A stretch of 64,000 bases of DNA from Pseudogymnoascus verrucosus (lineage: Eukaryota). The translations under genes were made by a program, and so were the position numbers. The stretch lies in assembly GCA_001662655.1 (NCBI GenBank), contig KV460269.1; one strand, 5' to 3'. Shown here one piece after another: positions 23,414 to 36,082 of the stretch. The notes beneath the pieces are model-generated. The model saw nothing but the letters and a program-made list of their open reading frames with translations. It had not been told where the DNA came from and searched no databases. Position 1 is the stretch's first letter, and each line of letters starts with the position of its first letter.

Positions 23414-24844
23414 TTATCACGGTAGGTGTAGTATATAACTTTGTTTCAAGAATGCTATAGTCATTCATAGAAAAAATGAAGCCAGATAACGAGATGGTTA
23501 ACGGGACATTAAATATTCTTATAAGTGCGCCAAAAGATTATAAATTATGAACACAGAGAAATTCTCCAATGTAGGGATGAACACAAACCAAAATCATGGA
23601 ATGTGGGTTCACAAAAAGGTCACCAGGCTGAATAATTATTAGAAGTGTCAAGCTAGCTATGCAGTTGGGCAGAAGCTCTCGAGATTTTACGCCGAATACA
23701 AAACTTGGCTTAGAAATTTAAGAAACATACTGCAAGAACATGACGCGGAATACCGGCACAGCGCAATAAAACCCACATAGAGAGGTGTTTATTAGCCTTC
23801 AATCTAAGCCATGCGTGCGGCTAGCTACTGAGGGATTCTCTAAGCTGTCGCACCTACGAAATAGTACGGCTTGGCTTCGATACTAGAACATTTGATACCC
23901 CTGTCAAGGAGAAGTTTGAATGGCTCAGCGGATTCCGGGAAAGCCCCTGTACGTTGCACATGAGATGCAACCTGTCAAAAATAAGGTGTGTGATGGGCTG
24001 GGGTAACAGTTACTCTATTCGTTAGCGTGTTAGAGCCACCCTTGCATGCCGAATATTCACGAGAAACCGCCCGACAATTGAGGGGAACCTAGTCTCATAG
24101 TATGTCCATTGTGGGATAGAACTGTGTTATATCGAATTACATTAGAGCTATGAGGTTTTGTAGAGATAACGACTGGGATTTATTCGGACGGTCCCGAGAG
24201 TAGTACTGGAGGTTGATTCTTGCCAGGCTTTCGTGAAAGACCCCTGAAGGATGTTAGAATGCCGTCCGAGCCAGCCTTGGCACTGGCCTAAAGCAATGAA
24301 CACCAGCCATTGTTTGCTGGCTGATATTTGATGGCGGCATATGTAACCATGACTCAGAAATATATGATGAATTCCTTAAGAAATTGGCGATTGCCTCTGT
24401 AAGTCATGATGGTTCTCGTGAACTACTGCCGCTACTACGGCCGCCATGGTCGCCAAAACGCGAACCCGACTCGGCCTCACAACTCAACCATGCCTATCAG
24501 CTAGTATGACAGTGCAACAGGGCCTTCTTTCTACACTTACATCACCCAAAAAATGACAGACCTAGGGGCAAGCAGATATGGGCATCGAGCTCATATTTTA
24601 GGCCACTGGCTGGTTATTTCGCTGGTCTAAATGTGGCAAAGCCCTGGTTTAGACCACATTGCTATTTCTCCTACCAATCGACAACATCGTACGATGTGCC
24701 AAATCCAAAACTTATGTATGACATAAATAGACTAAAAGTTCCCAATGACATAAATAGATTGAAAATCTCTAGCGATCAGCTAACAATATTATTGCACTCC
24801 TAAATCCGTGACTTTTCTCTTCATCTACTGTTTATTTTTTACGC

Positions 24845-26300
24845 ATGTCAAACAAGTTGATAATGGCTTCACCCCCACAATTTAAAGAGTAGGTAGTAGG
24901 CTAGTACCTATCGGGGTGTCTTGCTAAAATTTGCTATAGTGAAATAAACCCGCGCCGAGGCCATAAAGGCTCTGATATCATAGGGCCCCGGAATCCTAAT
25001 CGAGAGCACCAGGAGCCCGATTTGGTTTCTCCTCCATCAATAGATGCAGGTTAGTAACGAAGCCACTGGAGACGATACAATACTTACTGATATTTATAGG
25101 GAAGCTCGCAAATATGAAATGGTTCGTTTAACAAAACACCTTTAACATAATTCAGTGTTTTTTTAACTGTTGAAAAAGGTCGTTCGCAGATTCTCATATG
25201 CGTTTAGAAGAAGGAGGGTGGGCCCGAGAGACTACAGTTAGAGAGCTTCCTACGTCGACCGAGCTAGCCGCTGTAAATATGAGACTCGAAGAAGGTGTCT
25301 ATCGTGAGTTACACTGGCAAACAGAGGCCGAGTGGGCGTATGTTTTGGAAGGGTCTTGCCGGATCACTGTCCTCGACACAGAGGGTGGTTGTTATATTGA
25401 TGACTTGCAAAAAGGCAATCTGTGGTATTTTACAACTGGATTCCCACACAGCATTCAAGGTGCGGTTCAGGGCTTTTGATAATGACTTTCCCACAAATAT
25501 GGACTAGGAATTGGGAAAGAGGGCACAGAGTTCTTGCTTATCTTCGATGACGGCAACTTTTCTGAGGATTCGACTTTCCTTCTGACAGACTGGCTTGCCC
25601 ACTCTGATAAAAACGTTCTAGCAAAGAATTTTAATATCCCTCGAGGAGTATTCAATAACCTTTCCCAGAAGGGTGAGCATTTTTAACCCTGTAAGCAAAA
25701 CCTCGCTGATCTTTGGTAGAGAAATACATATTCCGAGGCACAATCGCACCGCCTCTAGACGAAGACAGAAAGCAAGTCAACCCCTCTAAGCACCGATTCA
25801 CACACCGTATGCTAGAGCAGGAGCCTATCAAATTCGCCGGAGGGGAAGTACGAATAGCAGACACGAAGAACTTCCCTATCTCGCAATCTGTCGCCGCTGC
25901 GCACGTACTCATTAATCCTCATGGCCTGCGAACCATGCATTGGCACCCGAATGCCTCTGAATGGTCATATTTTATTCGAGGAAAGGCGCGAGTAACTATC
26001 TTTGCCTCGAACGGGACGGCCCGCACCTTCAATTACCAAGCAGGAGATATCGGCATAGTCCCTCGAAACATGGCGCACTTTGTAGAAAATATTGGTGACG
26101 AGCCTGTCGAGATGCTGGAGGTCTTTCGCGCGTCTACATTTCAGGACTTTTCACTTGAGCAGTGGCTCGCTCAGACTCCACAGACCATGGTGGTTGAACA
26201 TCTTAATTTAGATGGAGGTAACGCGAAGAGGTTCCTCGACTCGCTCAGCAAAACGAAGGTTCCTGTCAAGCCTGGGCGACGGAGTTCTTTTTCTCTTTAA
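24845..26300 (+). CDS. oxdC: Oxalate decarboxylase family bicupin, no signal peptide
   Basis: Spliced: ..[93 protein letters not shown]. Five GT-AG introns. Start codon is tentative. Confidence 0.85.
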
Positions 26301-26897
26301 GATTAGGTATTTGTTATATTATCTGTGTTGTTTACATTTTTTCAAAGAAAAATCATTCCTGAATCCCCATCACGAAGGAGTCGGCATAAGTAAACTCTAA
26401 AGTTAGAATATATCCGCCACGGACTTAAACTTTAATAAGACCAGCTTACTCGTTTGCTGAAGTTGCATCAAATGCTTCACTCTACAACAGAGAATTTGGT
26501 ATGCCATTGTAATGAGTATTATGTGGGCCTCGAAGTTGAAGTTTGGCTGGTATTTCGAAAGAACTTGGATGGGGTTGATCGCTCCTACCCCCGCAATACC
26601 GGACCGCTGACCCACGTGTGGTTTCCACCTATCGCTTCGTGACTGCCCCAACTCCGGCGGGGGTGGGGAACATTGGTCCCTTCTCGAGATGTGTATTACC
26701 CTTTTGTGACCGGGACATGTTTCCCGACAAATGTCCAGGCATTATTTGAACCATTGGCGGGAATGTTTCAGCATGGATAGCACGATGGGGGTAGTGATTT
26801 ATCCGTGATAGTTTGTCCCTCTTTTCTACCTTTATTAGAGTACCATGTGCGGCTCCGAACATCCTGTCCTGTCCTGAAAGCGCCACAATAGAGAACG

Positions 26898-28416
26898 ATG
26901 AATGCACAACTTGAAGACCTCAAGGGAACGCTGAGGAGCGACTTCTACTGGGGCTATGCCACTGCCGCTGCACAGATCGAGGGTGGTTGGAATGCCGACG
27001 GGAAAGGCGAGTCGATCTGGGATCATTTCGCGCACACACCTGGCAAAGTGAAGGATGGTAGCACCCCCGACGACGCCGTGCTCTCCTACTACAAATATAA
27101 AGAGGATGTGGCACTGCTTAAATCCTACGGCGTAACGGCCTACCGTTTCTCCCTCTCATGGTCACGCATCATCCCTCTCGGCGGCGCTGCAGACCCTGTC
27201 AACGAAGCGGGCATCGCATACTACTCTTCTTTAGTTGACGAGCTTCTAGCTAATGGAATCACCCCATTTGTAACATTATTCCACTGGGATACGCCGCAGG
27301 CACTGGAGGAGCGCTACGGGGGCCTCCTCAACCAAGAAGCCTACACGCCTGATTTTGTCCGATACGCTCGTGTCTGTTTTGAGCGCCTCGGTGATCGAGT
27401 AAAGCACTGGATTACCTACAATGAGCCAGGCGTGTACACCCTTGCTGGATACGCAGCTGGTGTTCATGCGCCGGCGCGTTCTTCATTCCGTGACCGTAAT
27501 GCCGAGGGCGACTCATCCACTGAGCCCTTTACCGTCGGACACACAGAGCTCGTCTCCCACGGATATGTCGCAAAGATGTACCGCGAGGAATTTAAGCCGT
27601 CGCAGAAGGGCATGATTGGAATCACTCTGCATGGAAACTTCAGCGAGCCATGGGACGTAGAGGATCCCCTCGACGTTGCAGCGGCGCAGCGCGCCCTCGA
27701 ATTCGAGATTGGGTGGTTTGCTGATCCAGTGCATAAGACCGGTGACTATCCTGCCTCCATGCGCGCTCAGCTAGGTGACCGTCTACCGCGGTTCACACCT
27801 GAGGAATCGGCGCTGGTGAAGGGGTCGTCGGACTTCTACGGCATGAACAGCTACACCACTTTCTACGTCAAGCACAAGACTACCCCCCCCGACATCAACG
27901 ATCACAAAGGAAACATTGAGCAATGCGAGACAAACAAGCAAGGCGTGCCGCGCGGACCAGTTAGTGATACTTATTGGCTCCGCACATGTCCTGAGGGGTT
28001 CAGGAAACTGTTGAATTGGATTTGGACGAGATATGGGGTTCCTATTTATATTACGGAGAATGGTACAACGGCAAAGGGTGAGACGGAGCCTTCAAAAGAG
28101 GTTCTGAATGACACGTTTAGAGTTGAATTCTTTGAAGGGTATGTCGGCTCCGTTGCAAAGGCAGTGAAGGAGGATGGCGTGGATATTAGGAGCTATTTTG
28201 CATGGACGTTTACGGATAACTGGGGTGAGTGTCCTATTCTGTTTGTGGCCTATGGAATGAATGGTGATACTGACGTGCGTAGAATGGCAAGCAGGTTATT
28301 CGGATAGGTTTGGAGTTACGTTTATTGACTTCGAGTCGAAGGAGAAAACGCGCTATCCAAAACGATCCGCAACTGTGCTGAAAGAAATGTTCCAGAAGCT
28401 TATCAGTGAGAAGTAA
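26898..28416 (+). CDS. Glycoside hydrolase family 1 beta-glucosidase (intracellular)
   Basis: FYWGYATAAAQIEG, YRFSLSWSRIIP, TYNEP (acid/base), YITENG (nucleophile). Intron ~28225-28282, then EWQAGYSDRFG..RYPKRS..EK*. Confidence 0.95.
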
Positions 28417-28536
28417 ATTGGAGCATGCATCTAAGGTTATATAGACTGAATTTACACGTTTAATTTATCCTTCATAAAAAATGATTTACCATAGATGCGG
28501 AGATAAAATGAATGCGTCTATACAAGAATGTTTGTG

Positions 28537-30774
28537 TTAAACGTCTTCCGGCTCATAAACAAGATGCTCTCCCTTCCCCTCCGGGAATGAGGCTACCTTC
28601 GAACTGTTCATGAATACCACTTTCCCTCCAGACCCTTCACTCCTCACCACCACTGGTCCCTTCACCCTTCCACCCTCCCACTCAAAATCTACCTCCCAAC
28701 CCCCTCTTGCCTTAACTCCCCTCACACTACCCCTTTCCCACTCTGCGGGACATGCAGGAAGCACCCTAATAAAACCTTCGTGCGACTGTACTAGCATCTC
28801 TAGAACTCCCGCCCCGCCCCCAAAATTCCCATCAATCTGAAAAGGCGGGTGCACGTCTAGGAGATTTGGTAATGTCGAGTCTCGCAGCAGCTTCTTCACA
28901 TGTCCCAGGCATTCTGCAGCTTGCCAAAGCCGTGCATGCAGGTTAATTAACCACGCACGACTCCAACCAGTGTGGCCTCCGCCATGATCGGCGCGACGGT
29001 TTAGGACAGCTGTACACGCCGCTGCCAGATCAGGAGTGGCGGAAGGGGTTATGGCTGAGCCAGGATGAAGGGCCCAGAGATGTGAGATATGTCTGTGCCC
29101 CGGTTCGACTTCCATGTAATCTGTTCGCCACTCCTGGAGCTGACCAAAAGAGCCAATTTTGGGCGGGGGTAGGCGGGACAAGGAGGCTTTGACAGAGGGA
29201 AGCAGGTCATCGGCAGGGAGGGATAGGGTGGCGCAGGCGGATATAAAGGCATCGAAGACAGATGTAATTATCTGAATGTCAATTGTGGAGCCTTCGCATA
29301 GAGTACCACGGGTTTTGTCGGCTTCGAAAAAGGAGTTCTCAGGAGAGAGGGACGGGCATGTGACGAGGTGGTCACCTGAGATGTCCTCAATGAGAAAATC
29401 AACAAGGAACTGCACACAGCCTTTGAGGACTGGGAACATCCGCGCCAGAAACTCCGTATCCTGGTTGAAGAGATAGCTTTCCCAGACATGCACGCATAGC
29501 CAGGCACCTCCCAATGGCCAGAGGGTGGCGGGCATCCACCTGTCCTGCGGATCTGTGTCGGCCCAGATATCGGTATTGTGGTGGGCAGCCCAACCACGGC
29601 ATCCATACATCGTCATCGCTGTTTTCTTGCCCCGCTCGGCAACGCGCTCAAGTAGATCAAAAAGAGGGAGTTCACATTCAGCGAGATTGGAGACGTTCGC
29701 GGGCCAGTAATTCATCTGGAGATTGATGTTGATGGTGTACTTGCTTCCCCAGGCGGGTTGAAACGAAGGGTTCCAAAGTCCTTGAAGGGTGGCCGGGATC
29801 GGCTTGAACCCATCTCTACTGCAGGAGATAAGGAGGTAGCGGCTGTAATTGTGGTAGAGGGCGGCCAGTCCTGGATCTGGAGCCTGGGATATCCTTTGAT
29901 CTGTGGGGATGTCACACGCGTCTGGGTAGAGGTGCAAGCCCATTCGAGAGTAGAGTGACCTATAATCGGCAATGTGCCGTTCCCAAAGATTTGGCATATT
30001 CAGTGCTTTCGTGGCATCTGCTAATGCTGTAACTTCTGGGTTATCATGCCTATAGGTCGTCTGAGCTGCAATGACGACTAAAGCTTCTCGGGCTGTTACA
30101 ACCAGTGCGTTTCCGACCGCAGACACTGAGCCTTCACCATCGCACTTGATGCTGAGAATGCAACAGAGTCTATTGCTACCCTTGCCACCAGGCGTGGCAT
30201 GCATGGTGATCACCCCGTCTGTTGCGGTGACACTATCCAGAAACTCGTTGGTCTCGTATTCCCACTCGCTGACTCTTGTCAAGCGTGCCATGAATGTAAC
30301 CGGCTCAGATGCTTTAATTCGCATTGCAAGGACATTATCCGGCTGGCTAGCGGCAGTCTCGCGAACATACTGGATGCCTTGGTGCTCATACTCGACCTTG
30401 ACAATAGAAGTCTCAAGATCTAAACTCCTCTTATAGCTTTGAACATCTAGAGCTTCGTGGCCAAACTCGAGGGTAGCGGAACCCAGGGGTTCATAATGCC
30501 GTTGGGAATGGGGAGTTGAAAAGAAAGCAAGTCGCACGAGCTTCTCAGCCTCGGCGTGGTTCCCGCATCTAATGAGTTTTCTCAGCTGAGGCAGATGGCG
30601 AAATGCATCCCTGGGAGTTCGATCCAAGGGGCCACCGTACCAGACAGAGTCCTCATTGAGTTGGAGAAGCTCTGTTGAAGTACGACCATAGACCACAGCC
30701 CCAAGCCTTCCATTGCCAATTGGAAGGCTCTCAGACCATTCTTTGGCTGGGGTGCTGTACCAAAGCTTCGACAT
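28537..30774 (-). CDS. Glycoside hydrolase family 95 alpha-L-fucosidase
   Basis: 745-aa intronless ORF: LPIGNGRLGA, LQGLWN..WGSKYTININLQMNYW, EPGHRHISHLW, HTGWSRAW, PPFQIDGNFG. No signal peptide. Confidence 0.95.
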   Translation of the reverse strand: MSKLWYSTPAKEWSESLPIGNGRLGAVVYGRTSTELLQLNEDSVWYGGPLDRTPRDAFRHLPQLRKLIRCGNHAEAEKLVRLAFFSTPHSQRHYEPLGSATLEFGHEALDVQSYKRSLDLETSIVKVEYEHQGIQYVRETAASQPDNVLAMRIKASEPVTFMARLTRVSEWEYETNEFLDSVTATDGVITMHATPGGKGSNRLCCILSIKCDGEGSVSAVGNALVVTAREALVVIAAQTTYRHDNPEVTALADATKALNMPNLWERHIADYRSLYSRMGLHLYPDACDIPTDQRISQAPDPGLAALYHNYSRYLLISCSRDGFKPIPATLQGLWNPSFQPAWGSKYTININLQMNYWPANVSNLAECELPLFDLLERVAERGKKTAMTMYGCRGWAAHHNTDIWADTDPQDRWMPATLWPLGGAWLCVHVWESYLFNQDTEFLARMFPVLKGCVQFLVDFLIEDISGDHLVTCPSLSPENSFFEADKTRGTLCEGSTIDIQIITSVFDAFISACATLSLPADDLLPSVKASLSRLPPPKIGSFGQLQEWRTDYMEVEPGHRHISHLWALHPGSAITPSATPDLAAACTAVLNRRADHGGGHTGWSRAWLINLHARLWQAAECLGHVKKLLRDSTLPNLLDVHPPFQIDGNFGGGAGVLEMLVQSHEGFIRVLPACPAEWERGSVRGVKARGGWEVDFEWEGGRVKGPVVVRSEGSGGKVVFMNSSKVASFPEGKGEHLVYEPEDV

Positions 30775-31438
30775 TTATTCCCTTATCTATGTTGGGCCAT
30801 TTGACTCCTTTCACTTGATAACTTCAATAAAAGATACCGAGGTAAAACTCCCAGGTTGAGACAGTCGTCTGCTTTGCTTTACTGAGGCCACCATACAGCA
30901 TCAAGGAAATCGCGGAGCTATACGCGCCGAACTACTAGTAACGAATAGGTTCCTAGTTGCACATACCTCACTATAATCTCGGAGCTTGCATGCGGCAAAA
31001 TTCACCTCCCGCCGGAGTTTATATTGTTAGTTTGGATGGGGTGCATTCAGCCTCGACATCCCGTTTTACCCGATGGGGTATACCAGGTGGGCTCGGATCA
31101 CACTGCGACTCCTAGGTTCATTCCTTGTCGCCGCTTGTCAAGTGGACAAGCGCCACAATGACAATGTGGGGTAATTGGTGGGTTAACTACGGCCGAGGGA
31201 CTTTTTTGAAATATATCTTGACCTGTGGGGTAATGAGGGGAAACTAGAAGGCATACGCGGGCCCGTCAACAAGGATGGAGCCTCTGAAATTGTGGCACGG
31301 CGATCCAATGACCCTGCATCGCATGCAGGATAAGATCACCATGGTTGCCCAGTTCCAAAAGAGAGAGTATTCAAAGTCGTCTCCGGCTCGGATTTCCAAG
31401 ATTCGAGAGACTCAACCTACGAATCTCACACAAGCACA

Positions 31439-33184
31439 ATGGGCACCGACGACAAAGAAACGACGGTCCATGACCTGGGCCGCACTACCACCAATGATGT
31501 AGATGACCTGAAGGTTTCCGACGCCCATGTAGAGGAGGTCGCCATCGCACGCCTTACGGATGAGGATCTATACAAACTCTCTAGGGAGTCGTTTAAGTTT
31601 CGCTCTCGAGCCGGACTTCGCATCATGTTGATAATGTTCGTGCAGGGATGCAACCAGGTAAGGAAACCGACCGAGAAAAGGGCGACAGCTAATTTGTTAC
31701 AGGCTGGCTACGGAGTTGACTGGCAGGTTATCAGTGGTATCAACAATATGTCATCATGGCACGCGTATTTCAATTTTGGGACCAGCGGATCAACTTACGG
31801 AACTTTGAATGCCCTGATGAATGTTGGCACCATGTGCGGTGCGCCATTCCTGACCTTCTCGGACCATATCGGACGCCGGGGTATCAACTTCACTGGAAAC
31901 GCTATTGTAATTGTCGCCGCTATTCTCCAAGGATGCGCAACCAATATGCCAACGTTTATGGCTGGCCGCTTCATTTTAGGATTCGGATCTGCCATTATGT
32001 CTAGCCCGCAATACATGGCTGAGGTCTCACCTGCCCATTATCGTGGTCGTTTAGTTGGATTGTTTGGGGCATGTTTCCAGATCGGAAGTTTGGGCATGAC
32101 CGCTGGCTTTATCGGCTTCTCCAAGATGGAAAAAAGTAACTTGGCTTGGAGGATACCAGTACTCCTGGAAGCATTGTTCCCGGCGATTGTGTGCCTCACA
32201 ATATACTTCTTGACCCCTGAATCACCTCGATACCTTGTGATGAAAGGGAAAATAACACAGGCAAGGAGAGTGATTGCGAAGTACCAGACGAATTCCGATG
32301 ATGAAAACAGTGAATTGGTAAACGCGGTTATTGTTCAAATCGAGGATTCTTTGGAGCAAGATCGTGTTATTAATCGCCAGTGGTGGAACTTCTTAGTATT
32401 CTTTACCAAGCCAGTTCGATATCGCCTGTTGATTCTGGTTCTATACTCCGTCTTTCAACAATGGAATGGCGGCGGAATCATTACAACATATCTCGTCCCG
32501 GCACTCGAAACTGTGGGGATTACAAACCCTACCGATATTGCGGGAATCAATTTTGGACTGACAGGGGTTTACTGCGTTTTTACTGTCGCTGGAGCTTTCT
32601 TGGTGGATATTGTCAGTCGTCGAAACTTGATCTTTGCTGGGTTAATATCATTCATTATCTTACAAACTGCCGCAACAATCACAGGATGGAGGTAAGACAC
32701 AACCTCAATTACTTTCAACATAACCTTGCTAACAATGATATTTAGATATTCTGTGGACCCAACAACAGCAGCTGCCGCGTTGACCTTGCTGTGGATTTTC
32801 TCTTTCCAAATCTGCTCCGCGACCCTCATTGCAACAATGCACAACCTCTACCCCGTTGAATGCCTTTCGCTCGTTCTTCGTGCGAAGGGACTTGGTTTTT
32901 TCAGTCTTATTCAGGGAATCGCTGGCACCGTACAGAATTACGGTATCTCCCTCGGGATTGGACCATTGGGGTATAAGATCTGGGCTGTATATGTTGGATA
33001 CAACCTCCTCCAGTTGGTCATGTCGTATTTCGTATTCCCTGAGACGTCCGGGCTCTCTCTCGAGGAAATCGATGCCGTGTTTGAGACAGACGGAGTCAAT
33101 CCAGTTCCGATGTCTCTCAATATACAGAAGGCAAAGAAGGAGAGCGCAAGGCTTAATGCAGAGACAGACGCAACCCTTGCTTGA
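31439..33184 (+). CDS. MFS sugar porter (lactose permease/cellodextrin transporter-like)
   Basis: SDHIGRRG, YMAEVSPAHYRGRL, PESPRYL, QQWNGGGII, FPETSGLSLEEIDAVF. Introns 31658-31702 (in-frame, stop-free) and ~32692-32745. Confidence 0.9.
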
Positions 33185-34501
33185 GTAGCGAAGGGATCAA
33201 AGTTTCTGAGCTATTCTAGCTAGGATCAAATTTACGTATCTGCTGAAGTAAGGGTTTAACAGGAGGTGTATGGAATTGAAAGTTACTCCCCGATATGTCT
33301 ACTTCTTATGAGTTACAATGTCGTGAATCTAGAGCAGAATCTATTCTATATCGCGGGCGGCGCGGAGTTATGTGTATTGGGGTCAAGTCTGGCCATTCTC
33401 GATGTATATGCATGTGCCGTCCAACTATTTTTCCAATATAAACTTCACGAAACAGGCAAATCCCACCCAATTCTCTGTAGATAATAGAGCCAAATGCATA
33501 TAATATAATTTAAGTCTGGTATGAATGCCCCCTATGGATATTTTATAGTTACTGAACGGAGAACTATGTTCACGTCGACATTCTTTCTCATTACTGGCAA
33601 CTTATATAAGTCTTTAGTTTCTATGAGGAAGGTATATACCGCTTTCAACCTCACATGCGCCAACTCGCTTGCCCTGTGTAGAATGCTTGATGTGTTGACA
33701 GGACGGTAGACCCACATACGGCAGCCAGACAGAGAGAATATAACGCACGAATACCTTCTTCAGAAGCTGGGCTAATGATGAGGACATCTTCGTAGGATAA
33801 TAGCGCTAGCAGGGTATAGTAGACACGCGATGATGGAAAGGACAGTACGCATGGCATAGATGAAAGTTAGCGAGTAGTAGCTGCTCATACAGTTAGCATC
33901 CATAGTGTTGCACATGGACCCTTTAGGATATGTACTGAGACTAATATAGACGAATAACCTCCATGAATGCACGAACAATGCTGGTCGAACCAGCGACGGT
34001 CACAATATAGGTCCAGGTTAGAAGAAGCTGGCATTGGGCATGGTGGCGTCCTGGCCGGCCCGTAATATAGCTCCCGTCGTCCCAAGGATCAGAAGCGTCT
34101 TTGATATATTTTTGGTCGCAGGTATTATCGTCGTCTCTAGAGTTAAGAGCTTTCGATTCGCTTTGCGACGGGAATGGGTGCCGGGATTGAGGATTGAGAG
34201 GCACTAATTAAGGAAGCCATCCCTCACCACACGGCTAAAGGCCATGGCTACCAGACCACTGATGAGCATTATCCAAGCAGTGACCTGGCAGATTCGCAGG
34301 CTGTATCTTGGCATCTTAGAAATACAATAATAAGTGCCTGCGAATAAGACTTGTCCGTTAGGGAACGTGGCTCGCTGTGAAACAGAACCCATCGTAACAG
34401 AACCTCGCTCAAAAACATAGAAGTCACAGCCCAGATTAATCTTACTCCTTGCAGGAAGAATAATCATTGTATGCCTACATAACAAACTCTACACAACCCA
34501 A

Positions 34502-35294
34502 CTACTTCTTCTCTACATTATGCTTCTTCATGAACTCCTCAGCAGAAACGGCGGCATTAGTCGTCACACCATGGTATTTTGCAGGTTCTTGGATATTCTC
34601 CTCGACGTCAATTCTCTTGTGAGTGACCGATGGGTCAATGACCTCTATTTACCAAAGACGCATTAGCAAGAAAACTCTCAATACTCTTCATTCTTTGCAT
34701 GCAATCTGACTTACCCTTCTCAATGACTGGCTGCACAGTCTCATGCCAGTGGTTGTGAATATGCACATCTTCTTGCGTCCGCTCCTTGGTCTTAGTTTCA
34801 AATTGCTCCTGGTCAGTCGTGTTCTTGAATCCAGATCGACCAGCCTCGGCCTTCTTCTTCGCATCACTGTGATCGTTGTTGATGCTGCGGCGCCTGGTCT
34901 CTTGGGTGCGATCGTGCTTCTCGGGCAGCGTCTCAGAGTCTTTGAGAGGCTGGATGGTGGTATGGTAGTGATCTTGATGTTTATCTTTATGAATGAAGGT
35001 CTGCTCGCGAGTTTCGTGTTGCTTTTTGACGTGTCTGTGCTCAACGGCAGGTGAAACTTCGGAGTCAAGGGTTGTGTCTTCCTCGTTACTGGTGGTTGTA
35101 TTTCGGTTGCTGTTTGCGTTGCGGTTGATGTTGCTGTTCTCATTACGGCTGCTGTTTCCAGTGCGGCTGGTGTTTGCTTCGCGGTTGGTGGAGGTGGACG
35201 CAGAGGAATTGTATGAGTTGGTGGTGCTGCTCCCTCCTTGTGCCTGGTCGGGTCTGGCAAAGAGCCTGCCAACTGCATTTACGGCGTTATCCAT
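34502..35294 (-). CDS. Conserved fungal hydrophilic protein (often labelled allergen-like), N/S/T-rich N-terminus
   Basis: VSPAVEHRHVKKQHETREQ..HQDHYHTTIQP..HNHWHETVQPVIEK|EVIDPSVTH..EPAKYHG..VSAEEF. One intron ~34649-34713. Confidence 0.7.
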
Positions 35295-36082
35295 ATTGTT
35301 GATCTGACTCCCGAATAGATGTTGTTGAGTCTATGGCTGGGTACGTTTATTATTCGGATTATATGATTAATAAAAATGAAGGGGCCTAGTTCAAACAATA
35401 TATAACATGTCTACCTTGGTCGCCTCTTTTTTATTATCGATCAATACCTACGACGTAATAATTGCACAACCATTCAGATGTACGTGGGTATTAGCGTCAT
35501 TATATTGCGTCACGAATGCGAAAATTATGTGATTTCAATATTAAAGATATAAATTTAACATAACAGCAACAACAGAAGCAGGATTTTATAATAAACAGAG
35601 AGGCACCTATGACGTTAATATACAAATGACAGAGTCGTGGGACGGAGGAAGTCGACGTAATTGGCCTTCCAGCTCTAGAACTTGCCTTCGAGGTTGGATT
35701 CAAGTTGGTGGGGTTTCGCGCTACGGACAGTAGTTTTAACCTTAAAAAAGCCTTCCCCGCCTCCTGGGGTGCATCCCCACACGCACTAATTACAACCGCT
35801 CCAGCCCCAAGTACTAAATACGTAATGCAGCCTGAAAATTCCATCTAGCCTTCGCCATCAAAACCTCTCTCCCTACCCTGCTCTCGCACATAAGTCAACT
35901 CCTTAAATGAAGTATAACCAGAGACGGTATTGCCGTTTCAGGGCTTTCTAGCCACATTCCCTTCCAACAGTGACAGGTATTCTAGCATTATAAACAAGAT
36001 TCTCATGAAGTATGCCAAGATGAAAAATGAACGATGGCGGCATTGCCCTTATCCATTTACCTTTAAAGAACGTATTACATGG

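Noticed and set aside
33266..34485. Cluster of 60-90 aa ORFs between the sugar porter and the hydrophilic protein
   Set aside because: No motifs or consistent splice pattern found.
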